Below, piece by piece: positions 37,589-56,893 of a stretch of 64,000 bases of DNA. The stretch comes from Escherichia phage vB_EcoM-VpaE1, in the sequence record KM657822; one strand, 5' to 3'. A program made the translations under genes and the position numbers. The notes under the pieces are model-generated. The model had not been told where the DNA came from, searched no databases, and saw only the letters and a list, made by a program, of their open reading frames with translations. The number at the start of each line of letters is the position of its first letter. Within the stretch, counting starts at the first letter, position 1.

Positions 37589-38038
37589 ATGTGTTATACA
37601 GGCGACCCAGCCAATAACCCTCTTGATAGAGTAAGAATCCTCTGCACAGACACTAATAATGATGAAATTCTTATTGAACAGTCTGTGCTAGAGTGGTTCT
37701 ATCTAGAATCTGGAAAGGATGAAAAGAAAGCAGCCATCAAAGCTCTTAAATATTTACTCTTTCAAGTAGCCAAGATGGGAGATGAGAAGGTTGGTGGTGT
37801 TTATTTACGTAACTCTTCCAGATTCAAATCTCTGAAAGCTGTTTATGACGACCTTGTTAAAAGCTCTGTTTCAGGACTACCCTATGCAGGTGGTATTAAT
37901 CAGTGTGATATTGACATGCGTCGTCAGAATCCTTGCTCTGTCAAGAAATACACAGAATATGGTGATGCTGCCAGATACGAAGGCAGAGATTACTGCAACC
38001 GTGTTAATGGCGTATTTATTATCGAGCGAGATGAATAA
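37589..38038 (+). CDS. head-tail joining module protein
   Basis: ORF in connector region. Confidence 0.4.
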   Translation: MCYTGDPANNPLDRVRILCTDTNNDEILIEQSVLEWFYLESGKDEKKAAIKALKYLLFQVAKMGDEKVGGVYLRNSSRFKSLKAVYDDLVKSSVSGLPYAGGINQCDIDMRRQNPCSVKKYTEYGDAARYEGRDYCNRVNGVFIIERDE

Positions 38039-38520
38039 TGGTTAAAAGGGTTATTCACCCCGCTAGAGCAAAATTAGTCGGGGCTATGAAGAACTTGCAA
38101 ACGGCTAATGCTCAAGTTGGGTATTTTCAAGAACAAGGTCAACATAGCTCTGGTTTTTCTTATCCTGCTTTAATGTATTTACAAGAGGTTATTGGGGTTC
38201 CTTCAGCTTCTGGTAAAGTATATCGTAGGTTGTTTGAAATCACTATGATGCTAAACAAACAGACCTTGTTAGAGCAGACTAAGAAGAATCTATATAAGCA
38301 ACTTAGCAGTCTCAACACAGACCCTTCAAATACCTTAGAAGCATTTGCAAAGAATGCTCAAAAGGCAATTAAAAGGGGTTTTGGTAATTCTGCTATCCTC
38401 CCTCCTAACGCACCTTCCACAGTCAAGAAAAAAGGCTTTAACGCACCTCTTGTTGAGACAGGTGACTTAAGGGATAACCTTGCTTATAAAATTTCTACTA
38501 AGAAGGGTATTAAAAAATGA
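38038..38520 (+). CDS. head-tail joining module protein
   Basis: ORF. Confidence 0.4.
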   Translation: MVKRVIHPARAKLVGAMKNLQTANAQVGYFQEQGQHSSGFSYPALMYLQEVIGVPSASGKVYRRLFEITMMLNKQTLLEQTKKNLYKQLSSLNTDPSNTLEAFAKNAQKAIKRGFGNSAILPPNAPSTVKKKGFNAPLVETGDLRDNLAYKISTKKGIKK

Positions 38521-38918
38521 GACTCTTAAACAGACACAGCTTTGTAGTAAAGCGTAAAGTCTCTGAAGACGGTCATTATAATGATGATGGTGATTGGGTA
38601 GCTTCACAAGATATTGTAGAGGTTAACTGTAAAGGTAATATCCAGCCATATATCAAAGGCTCTGTAAAGAATGGTACACAGATTGCTTTACCGGAAGGTA
38701 TTAGACTCACCGATACAAGAATCCTATATACCACATATAAACTTAGAACTTCAGATGATGTAGAGTGGAATGAGTCTGATATTGTTATGATTGATGGTCA
38801 TGAGTATGAAGTATTTATGACTATGGATTGGTCACAGCAATTAGCCCATACGTCCCATTATGAATATATCATTATTAGAAGGGATAAAATGAATGCAGTT
38901 AGAAACAGCAGAACTTGA
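38517..38918 (+). CDS. head-tail joining module protein
   Basis: ORF. Confidence 0.4.
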   Translation: MRLLNRHSFVVKRKVSEDGHYNDDGDWVASQDIVEVNCKGNIQPYIKGSVKNGTQIALPEGIRLTDTRILYTTYKLRTSDDVEWNESDIVMIDGHEYEVFMTMDWSQQLAHTSHYEYIIIRRDKMNAVRNSRT

Positions 38919-39492
38919 AAAAGGTCTAGTTAGAACCTTAGTGGATGTTATTGGTCACAGACTAGCTCGTGATAAAAATAATAGACCAAATGTAATTAGA
39001 GCTTACCCTTCTGATAACTCGAATGACAAAGGTTTAAAACCTGACCAGCCATTTATCACCGTATATTGTCAAGATGCTGCAACACCTTATGGTTGGGTTC
39101 TTGATAAGTTTGTTGAGGATGATGTAGTTTGCTACAGAATTGCTTTTCAAATTCCTGTATTGATTACGGTAAATGGTAAAGGTGCTCACAGTATTATGCT
39201 TGAGCTTAAACAACGATTAGAGATGAGTTCAGTCAGAGATTTAATCCTTGAAGAGACAGGAGCTACAGTCTTAGACACTGGAGCTATCCCGAATGACTAT
39301 ACCTATCTCAATACAGATTTCGAAAATTCTGCGCCTCTTGTTGTAACTCTTGTAAAAAACTCAGTCCTGAAAGATGAACGTGGAAGTATTATTGAGCGTG
39401 TCATTGTTGATGGTGAGTTTGTTTATGAAGAAGGACAAGAGCCACCAGAATATACTATCCATCTAGATGTAGACTCCAAAGGGGTAAAATAA
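38893..39492 (+). CDS. tail completion/terminator-like protein
   Basis: ORF immediately upstream of sheath candidate. Confidence 0.35.
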   Translation: MQLETAELEKGLVRTLVDVIGHRLARDKNNRPNVIRAYPSDNSNDKGLKPDQPFITVYCQDAATPYGWVLDKFVEDDVVCYRIAFQIPVLITVNGKGAHSIMLELKQRLEMSSVRDLILEETGATVLDTGAIPNDYTYLNTDFENSAPLVVTLVKNSVLKDERGSIIERVIVDGEFVYEEGQEPPEYTIHLDVDSKGVK

Positions 39493-40845
39493 ATGTGGAA
39501 TCCAATTGTTAATGTAGATATTACATTGAACACCGCAGGAACTACAAGAGAAGGTTTTGGTTTGCCACTATTCTTAGCTTCAACAGATAACTTTGAAGAA
39601 AGAGTGCGTGGCTACACTTCCTTAACTGAAGTTGCTGAAGATTTCGATGAGAGGTCTGCTGCATATAAGGCTGCTAAACAACTTTGGAGTCAGACTCCTA
39701 AAGTAACTCAGCTTTATATTGGTAGACGTGCTATGCAGTACACTGTATCAATTCCTAATGCTGTTACTGAAAGTACTGACTATTCAATTACTGTAGCTGT
39801 TGGTGGTGGAATTTCTCAACCATACCAGTACACAGCACAAGACTCAGACACTGCTGAGAACGTGTTGCAACAGTTTAAAACACAGATTGAAGCTGACCCA
39901 ACAATCAAAGATAAGGTTTCTGTGAACGTAACTGGTAGCAATGGTTCTGCCACAATGGTTATTACCAAAGCTGGTGATAATGACTTTGTGAAAGTAACAA
40001 CTACAGCACAGACTGTATATATTGCAAGTACAACTGCTGATACAGCATCAACTGCTCTGGCAGCTATTGAAGCTTATTCTACTGACTGGTATTTCATTGC
40101 AGCAGAAGATAGAACTCAACAGTTTGTCTTAGCAATGGCTTCTGAGATTCAGGCTCGCAAGAAAATCTTCTTTACAGCTAACTCCGATGTAACAGCACTG
40201 CAAGGTACAGAGTTAGCCAGTGCAAATGATGTTCCAGCACAGCTTGCTAAGAGTATGTATACTCGCACAGTTTGCTTGTGGCATCACACAGCGGCAGAAG
40301 ATTATCCAGAGATGGCATACATTGCTTATGGTGCTCCATATGATGCAGGTTCAATTGCTTGGGGTAATGCTCAGCTAACTGGTGTAGCTGCTTCTCTACA
40401 GCCAGCTAATAAGAGACCTCTGACAAGTATTCAGAAGTCAGCTTTAGATGCACGTCACTGTAACTTTATTGACCTTGATGGTGGTGTTCCAGTGGTTCGT
40501 AGAGGGATTACTTCTGGTGGGGAATGGATTGATATCGTCCGTGGTGTTGACTGGTTAGAATCAGACCTGAAAACTTCTCTGAGAGACTTGCTAATTAACC
40601 AGAAGGGTGGTAAGATTACTTATGATGATACTGGTATTACCCGTATTCGTCAAGTCATTGAAACCTCTCTACAAAGAGCAGTCAACAGAAACTTCCTGTC
40701 ATCTTACACAGTTAATGTTCCTAAAGCCTCTCAAGTTGCTTTGGCAGACAAGAAAGCTCGTATCCTGAAAGACGTTACCTTCTCAGGTATCTTAGCAGGG
40801 GCTATCTTGGATGTTGACTTGAAAGGTACAGTGGCTTACGAATAA
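39493..40845 (+). CDS. tail sheath protein (by synteny)
   Basis: 450-aa ORF followed by 148-aa tube candidate, chaperone pair and tape measure. Confidence 0.55.
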   Translation: MWNPIVNVDITLNTAGTTREGFGLPLFLASTDNFEERVRGYTSLTEVAEDFDERSAAYKAAKQLWSQTPKVTQLYIGRRAMQYTVSIPNAVTESTDYSITVAVGGGISQPYQYTAQDSDTAENVLQQFKTQIEADPTIKDKVSVNVTGSNGSATMVITKAGDNDFVKVTTTAQTVYIASTTADTASTALAAIEAYSTDWYFIAAEDRTQQFVLAMASEIQARKKIFFTANSDVTALQGTELASANDVPAQLAKSMYTRTVCLWHHTAAEDYPEMAYIAYGAPYDAGSIAWGNAQLTGVAASLQPANKRPLTSIQKSALDARHCNFIDLDGGVPVVRRGITSGGEWIDIVRGVDWLESDLKTSLRDLLINQKGGKITYDDTGITRIRQVIETSLQRAVNRNFLSSYTVNVPKASQVALADKKARILKDVTFSGILAGAILDVDLKGTVAYE

Positions 40846-40860
40846 TAGAGGTAAATTGGA

Positions 40861-41307
40861 ATGGCTATGTATCAGCAATATTCCCCTAAAGACGTTGTAT
40901 GTAGCTGGAATGGTATTGCCATTGAAGGCTTTGCCCCAGACTCATTCTTACGTCTACAGAGAACATCACCACTTGTGACACCAGTCGTTGGTGCAGGTGG
41001 TCAGGTTGCTCTGACAAGAAATGCAGACAAGACAGGTACTATTGAGATTGAGCTAATGCAGACTTCTCTCTCTAACCAGATGCTTTCTGCAATTCAAGCT
41101 AAACAAGACAATATGGAACTTGAAGAAGATATCTCTTCTAACTTCGTAATCTACGACCCATCAGGCTCTGTTCTGGCAACTGGTATTAATGCTTGGTTGC
41201 AGGAGTTACCACAGATTGAACTTGGTCGTGACCAGAACTCTAAAACTTGGATTTTTGGTTGTGAGAAGCTAGACTACACTTCTACAATTCCAGCGTCAAG
41301 TGTTTAA
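40861..41307 (+). CDS. tail tube protein (by synteny)
   Basis: 148 aa; followed by strong terminator. Confidence 0.55.
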   Translation: MAMYQQYSPKDVVCSWNGIAIEGFAPDSFLRLQRTSPLVTPVVGAGGQVALTRNADKTGTIEIELMQTSLSNQMLSAIQAKQDNMELEEDISSNFVIYDPSGSVLATGINAWLQELPQIELGRDQNSKTWIFGCEKLDYTSTIPASSV

Positions 41308-41317
41308 TAAATCCTAT

Positions 41318-41352
41318 AAGGGGGAGACTTTAAAAGGTCTTCCCCTTTTTTG
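41318..41352 (+). terminator. intrinsic terminator after sheath/tube genes
   Basis: Hairpin gggggagacttt...aaggtcttcccc followed by T6. Confidence 0.75.
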
Positions 41353-41380
41353 TTTCTTTTAAAAGTATTAAGGAATCACA

Positions 41381-41779
41381 ATGAAAACAGAATCTAGAGT
41401 AATTAATGGCAAGAAAGTAAATATCGTTCTGCTTGGGGCAAGAGATGGTATTAAGATGTCTATGAAGTTGGGTAAAATTGTTGTCCCAACTTTTGCACAG
41501 ATGCTATCAAGTCTGACTGACAAGGGTAAGAAAGAAGCTCCAATGGTTCCATTTAAAGAACTTGTTGAAGCTTGTTTTGACAGAATTGAAGAAATTAACC
41601 TTGAAGAGATGGCTACCTTATTATTTCAAGGGGCAACTGTTGACGACTTCCCACTTAATATTGATACGTACTTCCAAGCAAACTACGGTGAGTTTATTGA
41701 TTACTTAGCATTTGCGCTGGAGGCAAACTTCGGAAGTTTTTTCGAAGCAAGCATTTTCAAAAGCCTAACTTCTCAGTAA
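41381..41779 (+). CDS. tail assembly chaperone (by synteny)
   Basis: ORF immediately upstream of tape measure. Confidence 0.45.
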   Translation: MKTESRVINGKKVNIVLLGARDGIKMSMKLGKIVVPTFAQMLSSLTDKGKKEAPMVPFKELVEACFDRIEEINLEEMATLLFQGATVDDFPLNIDTYFQANYGEFIDYLAFALEANFGSFFEASIFKSLTSQ

Positions 41780-41781
41780 AC

Positions 41782-42020
41782 ATGGGTAACACTCTACAGA
41801 CACCACTAACTGATGCTGCTGTAGAGGCAACCTATGAAGAAGCAGACGAGATGAAATTTGTGCTTGCTATTTATGGTATGGAAGGGTGTAAAGAAACACT
41901 TGACCAACTCTTTGCTATGACATTCTCTGATTTATTATCATTGAGACAATTTCTTGAAATTCAGAGGTCGTATAAAGAGGAAATTGCTTACAACGAACTT
42001 AGAAGAGCAGGAAAAATGTA

Positions 42021-42021
<1 letters not shown>
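41782..42021 (+). CDS. tail assembly protein (by synteny)
   Basis: 79-aa ORF between chaperone and tape measure. Confidence 0.35.
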
Positions 42022-50040
<8,019 letters not shown>

Positions 50041-50042
50041 TA

Positions 50043-51215
50043 ATGGCAGTAGGTGAAATTCAAATTAGTGCCTTGCCTCAAGCAGCCTTACCAATTGACC
50101 TTAGTGATATCTTCCATCTTAAGCAGGGTATTGAGGATAAGAGATGTACTCTTGAGCAATTACTTGCTCCACACTCAAGCCTAAGAAATAACCCTCATGG
50201 TGTTACTAAAACACAAATTGGTTTAGATAATGTTATTAACGCCCTTCAGTTAGTTGCTGCAAATAACTTATCAGATATTGTTAATGTAGCTGAGGCAAGA
50301 GCAAATCTACAGATTATGTCTTCAGAAGAGGTTAATAACCTTGTTCAACAGCATATTCAGGACAAGAGCAACCCACACAATACAACTAAGGCACAGGTTG
50401 GTTTAAGTAATGTTCAGAACTGGACAACATCTAACCTTTATAATGAGGATGCAGATAAGTACGCTACAGCAAGAGCAGTAAATAACTTGTACAAGGCTGT
50501 TCAGGCTTCCTATCCAGTAGGTACTATCCATCTTTCCATGAACTCTGCAAACCCCTCTACATATTTAATTTGTGGAGGTACTTGGGAGTTAGTTTCAAAG
50601 GGTAGAGCATTGGTTGGTTATGACTCTGACACAAGACCAGCAGGTTCTGTATTTGGTGCTTCAACTGTCACTTTGTCAGTTAATAACATGCCTCAACACT
50701 CTCACTCTGTGTCTCTTAGTGGTGGTGGTCATACTCATAATGCAACGGTGTCAATTTCAGCTTTTGACTATGGGGCTAAGACTACCAACTCTTTTGACTA
50801 TGGAACAAAGGATACCAATACAACTGGTAACCATACACACAACGTATCAGGGAACACAAGTACAAATGGCACTCACAACCATGATGTATACCCTAGAGAA
50901 AATGATGGTACTGGTAATGCTGTAGCTGACTCTGATGGTGGTGGTGCATGGAGAACATCAAGAACATCTAGTGACGGTGCACACTCACATAGTTTTAGCG
51001 TTACATCTGGTACATCTGGTAACCACAGCCACTCTGTAGGTATTGGTGCTCACAGCCACACAGTCGGTATTGGTTCACATACACACAGTGGTGCTGTGAC
51101 AGTTTCTTCTTCTGAGCATACACATAGTGGCAATACGAATAGTGTTGGTGGAGGTCAGGCAGTTAATATTGAACAGCCATCCTTCGTACTGTATGTATGG
51201 CAGAGAACAGCTTAA
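50043..51215 (+). CDS. tail fiber protein with C-terminal HxH-repeat tip
   Basis: C-terminal repeats [32 protein letters not shown]; C-terminus shared with the next fiber. Confidence 0.65.
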   Translation: MAVGEIQISALPQAALPIDLSDIFHLKQGIEDKRCTLEQLLAPHSSLRNNPHGVTKTQIGLDNVINALQLVAANNLSDIVNVAEARANLQIMSSEEVNNLVQQHIQDKSNPHNTTKAQVGLSNVQNWTTSNLYNEDADKYATARAVNNLYKAVQASYPVGTIHLSMNSANPSTYLICGGTWELVSKGRALVGYDSDTRPAGSVFGASTVTLSVNNMPQHSHSVSLSGGGHTHNATVSISAFDYGAKTTNSFDYGTKDTNTTGNHTHNVSGNTSTNGTHNHDVYPRENDGTGNAVADSDGGGAWRTSRTSSDGAHSHSFSVTSGTSGNHSHSVGIGAHSHTVGIGSHTHSGAVTVSSSEHTHSGNTNSVGGGQAVNIEQPSFVLYVWQRTA

Positions 51216-51225
51216 TTTCTTTACA

Positions 51226-51246
51226 GGGGCTTTCAAGCCCCTTTTA
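51226..51246 (+). terminator. intrinsic terminator
   Basis: Hairpin ggggctttcaagcccc followed by T-run. Confidence 0.65.
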
Positions 51247-51261
51247 AGAGGAAAATTTATA

Positions 51262-53616
51262 ATGGCAGATTACAATTTGAGTGAATTAAACTCAATCGAT
51301 ACAATCCGTTCAGATGACCTTCTTCATGTCAGAGTTAAAAAGAGACCTGAAATGCTTGGCGATGAAGACCGTCGAATGACTTATCAAGATTTATTAGCGT
51401 CTTTTAAACTTGAAAGATTTGTTCAGATTGCTGGTAGTAATATGACAGGTGACTTAGGGATTGTTAAGTTACTTTATGGTGGTAAGGCAGTATTTGACCC
51501 AACAGGCTCTTCTGAGATTAATATTGGGGATGTTTTAAAGACTTTTAAAATTAACGCAAATGGTCTTAGGCTAACTATTACAGATGCTTCAAGGTCAGCA
51601 ACTGTTTATCATACTCTGAATAAACCAAGTCCTAATGAACTTGGGATGAGAACTAATGAAGAGAATGATGCAAGATATGCAAGGTTGGCTGTAACAAATA
51701 ACTTCAACATTAGGCAAGCAATTGTCGTTGATGGTGAGCAGTTAACTCTTAAGAAAGCAACTAATGCAGGAGCTTCATATATTCAGGGTAGAAATGCTAA
51801 TAACCAGCAAACGTGGTATGTTGGACAGGGAAATGCAAACAACACTAATGTTTATCTGTACAATCATGCCACTGGCTCAATGTTAACCCTTGACGCAACA
51901 GCGTCATTTAACAAGACACTAAGAGTCATGGGTCAAGTTCAGCCTTCTGACTTCTCTAACTTAGATGCTAGATACTTCACTCAGACAGTTGCTAATCAGA
52001 GGTTTGCACAGTTAACTGCGAATAATACTTTTAGAGGCGTGAATACATTTAATCAAATCCTATCAATTGAGACGAATAGTGCAGCCTTAAGGTTAAAAAA
52101 TACTGTAGCTAATGGTGCACTGTACATTAAAGGTGAAAGTAATGATGGCTCTAGTAAGTGGTATGTAGGTAATGGTGATAATACACCTGCCGTATTAATT
52201 CACAACTATACATATGGGTCTAATCTTAGACTCGACAATGGTTATGTTGAGGTTAATAAGCAACTTAAAGTCGTTGGTCAAGTTCAACCTTCTGATTGGA
52301 CTAACATTGACTCTAGATATATTCCGGCAGGAACTTTGAGTAATCTTGCTAAACTTAATGTATCTAATACTTTCACAAATGTGCAAACTATTGTGTCTGA
52401 CAACGAGGGTTTGGTATTAAGGAGCTTAACACAGGGACAGCCACAATATATCCGTGGTGTTGATACTGCGAATGTATCTAGGTGGTGGCTGGGCGCAGGA
52501 AGTGCTAATTCTAACGTGGTAACCTTGAGCAACAGCTTTTCAGGCACTCAAATTTCCCTAGAGCCAACATTGGTTAGTATGAATAAGAACCTGTATATTA
52601 ATGGGCAGGTTCAACCACAAGATTGGTCTAACTTAGATGCTAGATACTTTGTTAAAACTAAGTTATTAGACCAATCCTTAATGACTGTAACTGTAAATAA
52701 CCTCGAAGACCACCCAGCATTTAATCTTGGGTACTCAGGCTTTGTCAGAAACAATGGTGTTACTGACGGCTTGAGGGATTTGGCAATTCATGTTGCACAC
52801 TCTAGCAAGACTGCTGCATATGCAAGAGGTATCTCTTTTTCGTATGGCTCAATGGGTTTAGGGGTATTCACCTATGCCTATGATGACGAGGGTGAATACG
52901 CTGGAGAAGCACAGCTTTATACAACTGATTTTAAACCAACACCTTCAGATATTGGTGCATATACTAAAGCTGAAACTGACCAGAAGATTGCACAGGCAGT
53001 AAGTGACTCTACAGACCTTAATAAAATCTATCCAGTAGGTATTGTAACGTGGTTTAATAGTAACGTTGACCCTAATACAGCACTTCCTGGTCTAACTTGG
53101 ACGTACCTGAATAATGGTGTTGGTAGAACTATCAGAATCGCAGCAGCAAATGGTTCAGATGTTGCTACAACAGGTGGTTCAGATTCTGTGACGCTATCTG
53201 TTGGTAACTTGCCATCACACACCCATAGTTTCTCTGCTACCACTTCATCTTTTGATTATGGTACGAAGGGAACTAACACTACAGGTGGACACACTCACTC
53301 TGGTAGTGGTTCTACTAGCACAAATGGTGAGCACAGCCACTACATCGAGGCATGGAATGGTACTGGTAGAGGTGGTGATAAGATGTCATCATATGCCGTA
53401 TCATACAGGACGGGTGGGAGTAACACTAATGCAGCAGGGAACCATAGTCATACTTTCTCTTTTGGTACTAGCGGTGCTGGCGACCATTCCCACTCTGTAG
53501 GTATTGGTGCTCACAGTCACACAGTCAGTGGTAATACTGGTGGTACAGGTTCTGGTTCAGCATTTAGTGTTACCAACCAGTTCTACAAGTTAATGGCTTG
53601 GGTAAGAACTGCTTAA
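51262..53616 (+). CDS. long tail fiber protein with internal repeats and HxH-repeat tip
   Basis: Start set at ATG 51262 to avoid overlap with previous gene; three repeats ending GQVQPSD(W/F)(S/T)N(L/I)D(A/S)RY; C-terminus paralogous to previous fiber. Confidence 0.7.
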   Translation: MADYNLSELNSIDTIRSDDLLHVRVKKRPEMLGDEDRRMTYQDLLASFKLERFVQIAGSNMTGDLGIVKLLYGGKAVFDPTGSSEINIGDVLKTFKINANGLRLTITDASRSATVYHTLNKPSPNELGMRTNEENDARYARLAVTNNFNIRQAIVVDGEQLTLKKATNAGASYIQGRNANNQQTWYVGQGNANNTNVYLYNHATGSMLTLDATASFNKTLRVMGQVQPSDFSNLDARYFTQTVANQRFAQLTANNTFRGVNTFNQILSIETNSAALRLKNTVANGALYIKGESNDGSSKWYVGNGDNTPAVLIHNYTYGSNLRLDNGYVEVNKQLKVVGQVQPSDWTNIDSRYIPAGTLSNLAKLNVSNTFTNVQTIVSDNEGLVLRSLTQGQPQYIRGVDTANVSRWWLGAGSANSNVVTLSNSFSGTQISLEPTLVSMNKNLYINGQVQPQDWSNLDARYFVKTKLLDQSLMTVTVNNLEDHPAFNLGYSGFVRNNGVTDGLRDLAIHVAHSSKTAAYARGISFSYGSMGLGVFTYAYDDEGEYAGEAQLYTTDFKPTPSDIGAYTKAETDQKIAQAVSDSTDLNKIYPVGIVTWFNSNVDPNTALPGLTWTYLNNGVGRTIRIAAANGSDVATTGGSDSVTLSVGNLPSHTHSFSATTSSFDYGTKGTNTTGGHTHSGSGSTSTNGEHSHYIEAWNGTGRGGDKMSSYAVSYRTGGSNTNAAGNHSHTFSFGTSGAGDHSHSVGIGAHSHTVSGNTGGTGSGSAFSVTNQFYKLMAWVRTA

Positions 53617-53695
53617 TCCTTTGTTGACTGATTGTTAAGATGGTGTTAATATTCTTTATGGGTATTCTCACCATCTTGGCTGATGAGGTGATTAA

Positions 53696-53890
53696 ATGCC
53701 TACAATCCTAGCAATTCTTCTAAAAAATCTAGGTAGCTTCTTCTGGAAACTCATTTTATCCCTTCTAAGTGAATACATGATTGAGAAAGTGTTCTTTAAG
53801 CTTGCAAGATACCTTGCGAGTAAAACAGACACGCCTATCGATGATGAGTTCGTAGATAACTTAGAAAAAGCTTTTAAGGGGGAGAAATAA
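53696..53890 (+). CDS. small membrane protein (holin candidate)
   Basis: 64 aa with hydrophobic segments. Confidence 0.35.
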   Translation: MPTILAILLKNLGSFFWKLILSLLSEYMIEKVFFKLARYLASKTDTPIDDEFVDNLEKAFKGEK

Positions 53891-54262
53891 ATGAAGTGGC
53901 TAGAGGAAGCTTTTAAAAACAATATTGGTGCAATTGTTGTTGGTATTTTTAGTGTTATTGGGATGTATACCACCATGCAAGTTTCAAGTGGTAAGCAAGA
54001 AGTGTCTATCACAACAAAGTTACAGCAGCTAGATAATTATTCCAAAAGTAATTATTCAGCTATTCGTGATTTACAGTCTGACATGAGACTGCTTCAGTTA
54101 GGGATGGAGAACCAGAAAGTCCAGTTAGAGAATGTTAAGGGAGAGAACGCAAAACTTACTAAGACTCTTGATAAATTCTCTGATAGCGTGAACAATCTGG
54201 CTCAGTCAGTATCAGCCCTCCAAGCTATTACTGAAAAGAACACAAAGAATACTGAAAAGTAA
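53891..54262 (+). CDS. membrane-anchored coiled-coil protein (lysis-associated candidate)
   Basis: N-terminal TM then coiled-coil. Confidence 0.35.
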   Translation: MKWLEEAFKNNIGAIVVGIFSVIGMYTTMQVSSGKQEVSITTKLQQLDNYSKSNYSAIRDLQSDMRLLQLGMENQKVQLENVKGENAKLTKTLDKFSDSVNNLAQSVSALQAITEKNTKNTEK

Positions 54263-54267
54263 AGTTT

Positions 54268-54296
54268 AAGGCTCCTTTTTACGGGAGCCTTTTTTG
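54268..54296. terminator. bidirectional intrinsic terminator between convergent blocks
   Basis: Hairpin aaggctcc...ggagcctt flanked by T-run. Confidence 0.7.
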
Positions 54297-54299
54297 TTT

Positions 54300-55199
54300 C
54301 TACTTACCTACTGACAAAGGTGCTTCAATCTTTCCTGCATGTTGGTAGTTACTAATTCCACCGATAAAGTCACTTGCAGTAAGATGTTTTAAGTCACTTA
54401 AAGTGTTAAGCTGTACACCAATCTCAAAAGTAGGTGCATGAAACTCTTCATTGTTCATCAGTTCATAGACCTGCTTCATATGGTTATGATAAATCTGAGT
54501 ATCTCCAAAGACACCTATCAAGTATCGTGGAGTGTATCCAGTCATCTTACAAAGAACTTCTAAGATGAAGCCATAAGACGCAATATTAAACGGAAGTCCT
54601 AAAAAGGTGTCTACAGAACGCTGATACCATTGTAAGTCAACTTCACCTTCATTAGTAATATAAATCTGAAACAGAACATGGCAAGGTGCTAAAGCCATCG
54701 AGTTAGCTGAAATATCTGCTGCATTCCAAGCATTAACAAGCATGTAGCGGTCTGTAATATCACCCTTCATCTTCGTTACTAAGGTCTCTAACTGGTCTAC
54801 AACACAACCATTATGACCCTCAAAGTTTCTCCACTGAACCCCGTAGATTCTACCACCTGCATCCTCTAACCAGTCTTGTTCAGAAGAGTAGTTAGAGCTT
54901 AACCAACGTTTAAAATCATCTGACCAGATAGTCCAGCGTTCCCCATCATTTTCACCCCAAGTACGGTAACGGAGTTCACCAAGTTTATTCTCACCATTCA
55001 GGAACCATAAAGCTTCCCCAATAACTTGCCGTGTAAACACCTGTTTAGATGTTAAGAGTGGAAAACCAGTCCTCATATCAAAACGAAATTGTGGTGGAGC
55101 AAATGCAGAGATAACATCTCCAGTTCGTGTAGTACGCAGTTCACCAACGGATAAAACATGGTTCAGGATATTTTTGTAACTTGAATCTGCTTGTGACAT
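54300..55199 (-). CDS. td: thymidylate synthase
   Basis: RTGTG-type N-motif, FPLLTSK, and active-site LAPCHVLFQIY. Confidence 0.85.
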   Translation of the reverse strand: MSQADSSYKNILNHVLSVGELRTTRTGDVISAFAPPQFRFDMRTGFPLLTSKQVFTRQVIGEALWFLNGENKLGELRYRTWGENDGERWTIWSDDFKRWLSSNYSSEQDWLEDAGGRIYGVQWRNFEGHNGCVVDQLETLVTKMKGDITDRYMLVNAWNAADISANSMALAPCHVLFQIYITNEGEVDLQWYQRSVDTFLGLPFNIASYGFILEVLCKMTGYTPRYLIGVFGDTQIYHNHMKQVYELMNNEEFHAPTFEIGVQLNTLSDLKHLTASDFIGGISNYQHAGKIEAPLSVGK

Positions 55200-55200
55200 A

Positions 55201-55746
55201 TCAAAAGTGTCCTTTTACTTGTGGAACATAGATTTCAAAGGTTGCTTTACCATCATCTGAGGGTCTTGACTGCACCTTTGCAAATACACGGCTATCATAC
55301 AGTTTCTCGAAGAAGTTTTCAAAAGGTAAATACACAGTGGCCTCTTCAGTAACTTTATGGAAAACTGTATGGAAAACTACACCAGCATATGGTAAAGCAT
55401 TGACAAGGACACCTGCACCACCAATTACAAAGACATCTTCATCAATAGAGCTATCAAGATACTTCAAAAATGCTCCAAAGGATTCTTTACTGGCCTTAGC
55501 ATACATTACATCATCTTTGTCAAAGTCTATACCCAAATATGGAACAGAGTTCGTTAAGACGAGGTTTGTACGTTCTGGTAATGGTTTACTACCCAGAGTC
55601 TTGAAAGTCTCATTACCCATCACTACTAAGTTGTTTTTAGTGAGTCTCTTAAACTCTTGCATATCCTGTTTATGTCGAGGCCACGGCATACCAGTTGGAG
55701 TACCAAACTCCCCATTTTCACCACTTGCAAAGATTAATTTAATCAT
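55201..55746 (-). CDS. frd: dihydrofolate reductase
   Basis: MIKLIFA...G.PTGMPW...D...F...T.NNLVVMG matches the DHFR signature. Confidence 0.85.
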   Translation of the reverse strand: MIKLIFASGENGEFGTPTGMPWPRHKQDMQEFKRLTKNNLVVMGNETFKTLGSKPLPERTNLVLTNSVPYLGIDFDKDDVMYAKASKESFGAFLKYLDSSIDEDVFVIGGAGVLVNALPYAGVVFHTVFHKVTEEATVYLPFENFFEKLYDSRVFAKVQSRPSDDGKATFEIYVPQVKGHF

Positions 55747-56003
55747 TTTGTAAATCCTTTCTTAATGAACCAGTTGATAGCATTCTTCACAGCTTTATTG
55801 CTATGGTAGATTAAGTGTGGTGCAGGTTGGTATGAACCATAAGCCCAGAAAGCAATGATTTCATTACATCCTGTACACCTTGTACTCTCTTCAGCAATAT
55901 GACCGTTGACTATTTCACTTACCTCGCCTTGTAAGTCTGTACACCCACAATGTGGACATCGGATAGGTGTTCCATCAGACTCATAGCAGTGTTCAATTTT
56001 CAT
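55743..56003 (-). CDS. zinc-finger protein
   Basis: CPHCGC ... CTGCN cysteine pairs. Confidence 0.45.
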   Translation of the reverse strand: MKIEHCYESDGTPIRCPHCGCTDLQGEVSEIVNGHIAEESTRCTGCNEIIAFWAYGSYQPAPHLIYHSNKAVKNAINWFIKKGFTK

Positions 56004-56519
56004 TTACTTAACCTCAAAAACTGGCTCAAGAACCAATATAAAGTCTACACAGTCATCTTCTTCATCCAGAATACCATCAAAGTTCTTAGGAACGAAGTCG
56101 AAGAGGCTCATAACAAAACAGTCAGAAGTGACCTTAATAGTTCCTCCCATGTTCTCTACAGTTAACACTGTACGACTTTCTTTTACCTCCCTCAGAAGAT
56201 TACCCACAAAGTCATCTAAGAAGTACTTCATCAGTGACTTAAAACCTTTAGGATAATCTGTACCAGAGTATGTTTCAATCTGAGGCACAAGCTTAACATT
56301 TATACTAGTCTTTGTTAAGAACGTGTTAGAGAACATACTATCAGGTAACTTACAAACACTCTTTCCAGTACCTTCATGTTCAATCTCAACAAAACCAGCT
56401 TCGTCGCCACATGTAACTATTTTAAAAGATGCTTCATTCTCATACTGTGAAGCCATAAACTTTTTAAGCATCTCTTTAAGGAAATCTGCATGAGCATCTT
56501 GTAAGTAGATATCAATCAT
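56004..56519 (-). CDS. hypothetical protein
   Basis: ORF. Confidence 0.45.
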   Translation of the reverse strand: MIDIYLQDAHADFLKEMLKKFMASQYENEASFKIVTCGDEAGFVEIEHEGTGKSVCKLPDSMFSNTFLTKTSINVKLVPQIETYSGTDYPKGFKSLMKYFLDDFVGNLLREVKESRTVLTVENMGGTIKVTSDCFVMSLFDFVPKNFDGILDEEDDCVDFILVLEPVFEVK

Positions 56520-56532
56520 AGTTAATCACCTA

Positions 56533-56892
56533 TTATGGGAACAAACACTTAATGTCATCGTTTTTGAAAACGAAACTTGTGTAGTTATGACCATCAACAT
56601 CCAACCAAACAGCCTGAACATCTACACCATCAAGATTCTGGTAAAGCTCTTTGATGAAGTGGTCTTTCACAATCTGGCTACTAGTGGTTTCCAGCTTGAT
56701 GTTTGAGATTGCTGAACCTACAGCCATATAACCCATAACACGTTTCTTCTCAGTATGCTTAATCTTACCATCTTTGTAAGCCATAATGAGATTGGAGAGA
56801 ATCTTCACACCATAATACTTTTCAAGGTGAGTAGGTACACCATAAAAGCCTAATGCGAAATTTTCAGAGTGGATAATGTTTTCACGTTTCAT
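56533..56892 (-). CDS. hypothetical protein
   Basis: ORF. Confidence 0.45.
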   Translation of the reverse strand: MKRENIIHSENFALGFYGVPTHLEKYYGVKILSNLIMAYKDGKIKHTEKKRVMGYMAVGSAISNIKLETTSSQIVKDHFIKELYQNLDGVDVQAVWLDVDGHNYTSFVFKNDDIKCLFP

Positions 56893-56893
56893 A

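Noticed and set aside
51127-51261. Upstream start of the long tail fiber ORF at 51127
   Set aside because: Would overlap the preceding fiber gene and its terminator; ATG at 51262 has a proper RBS.
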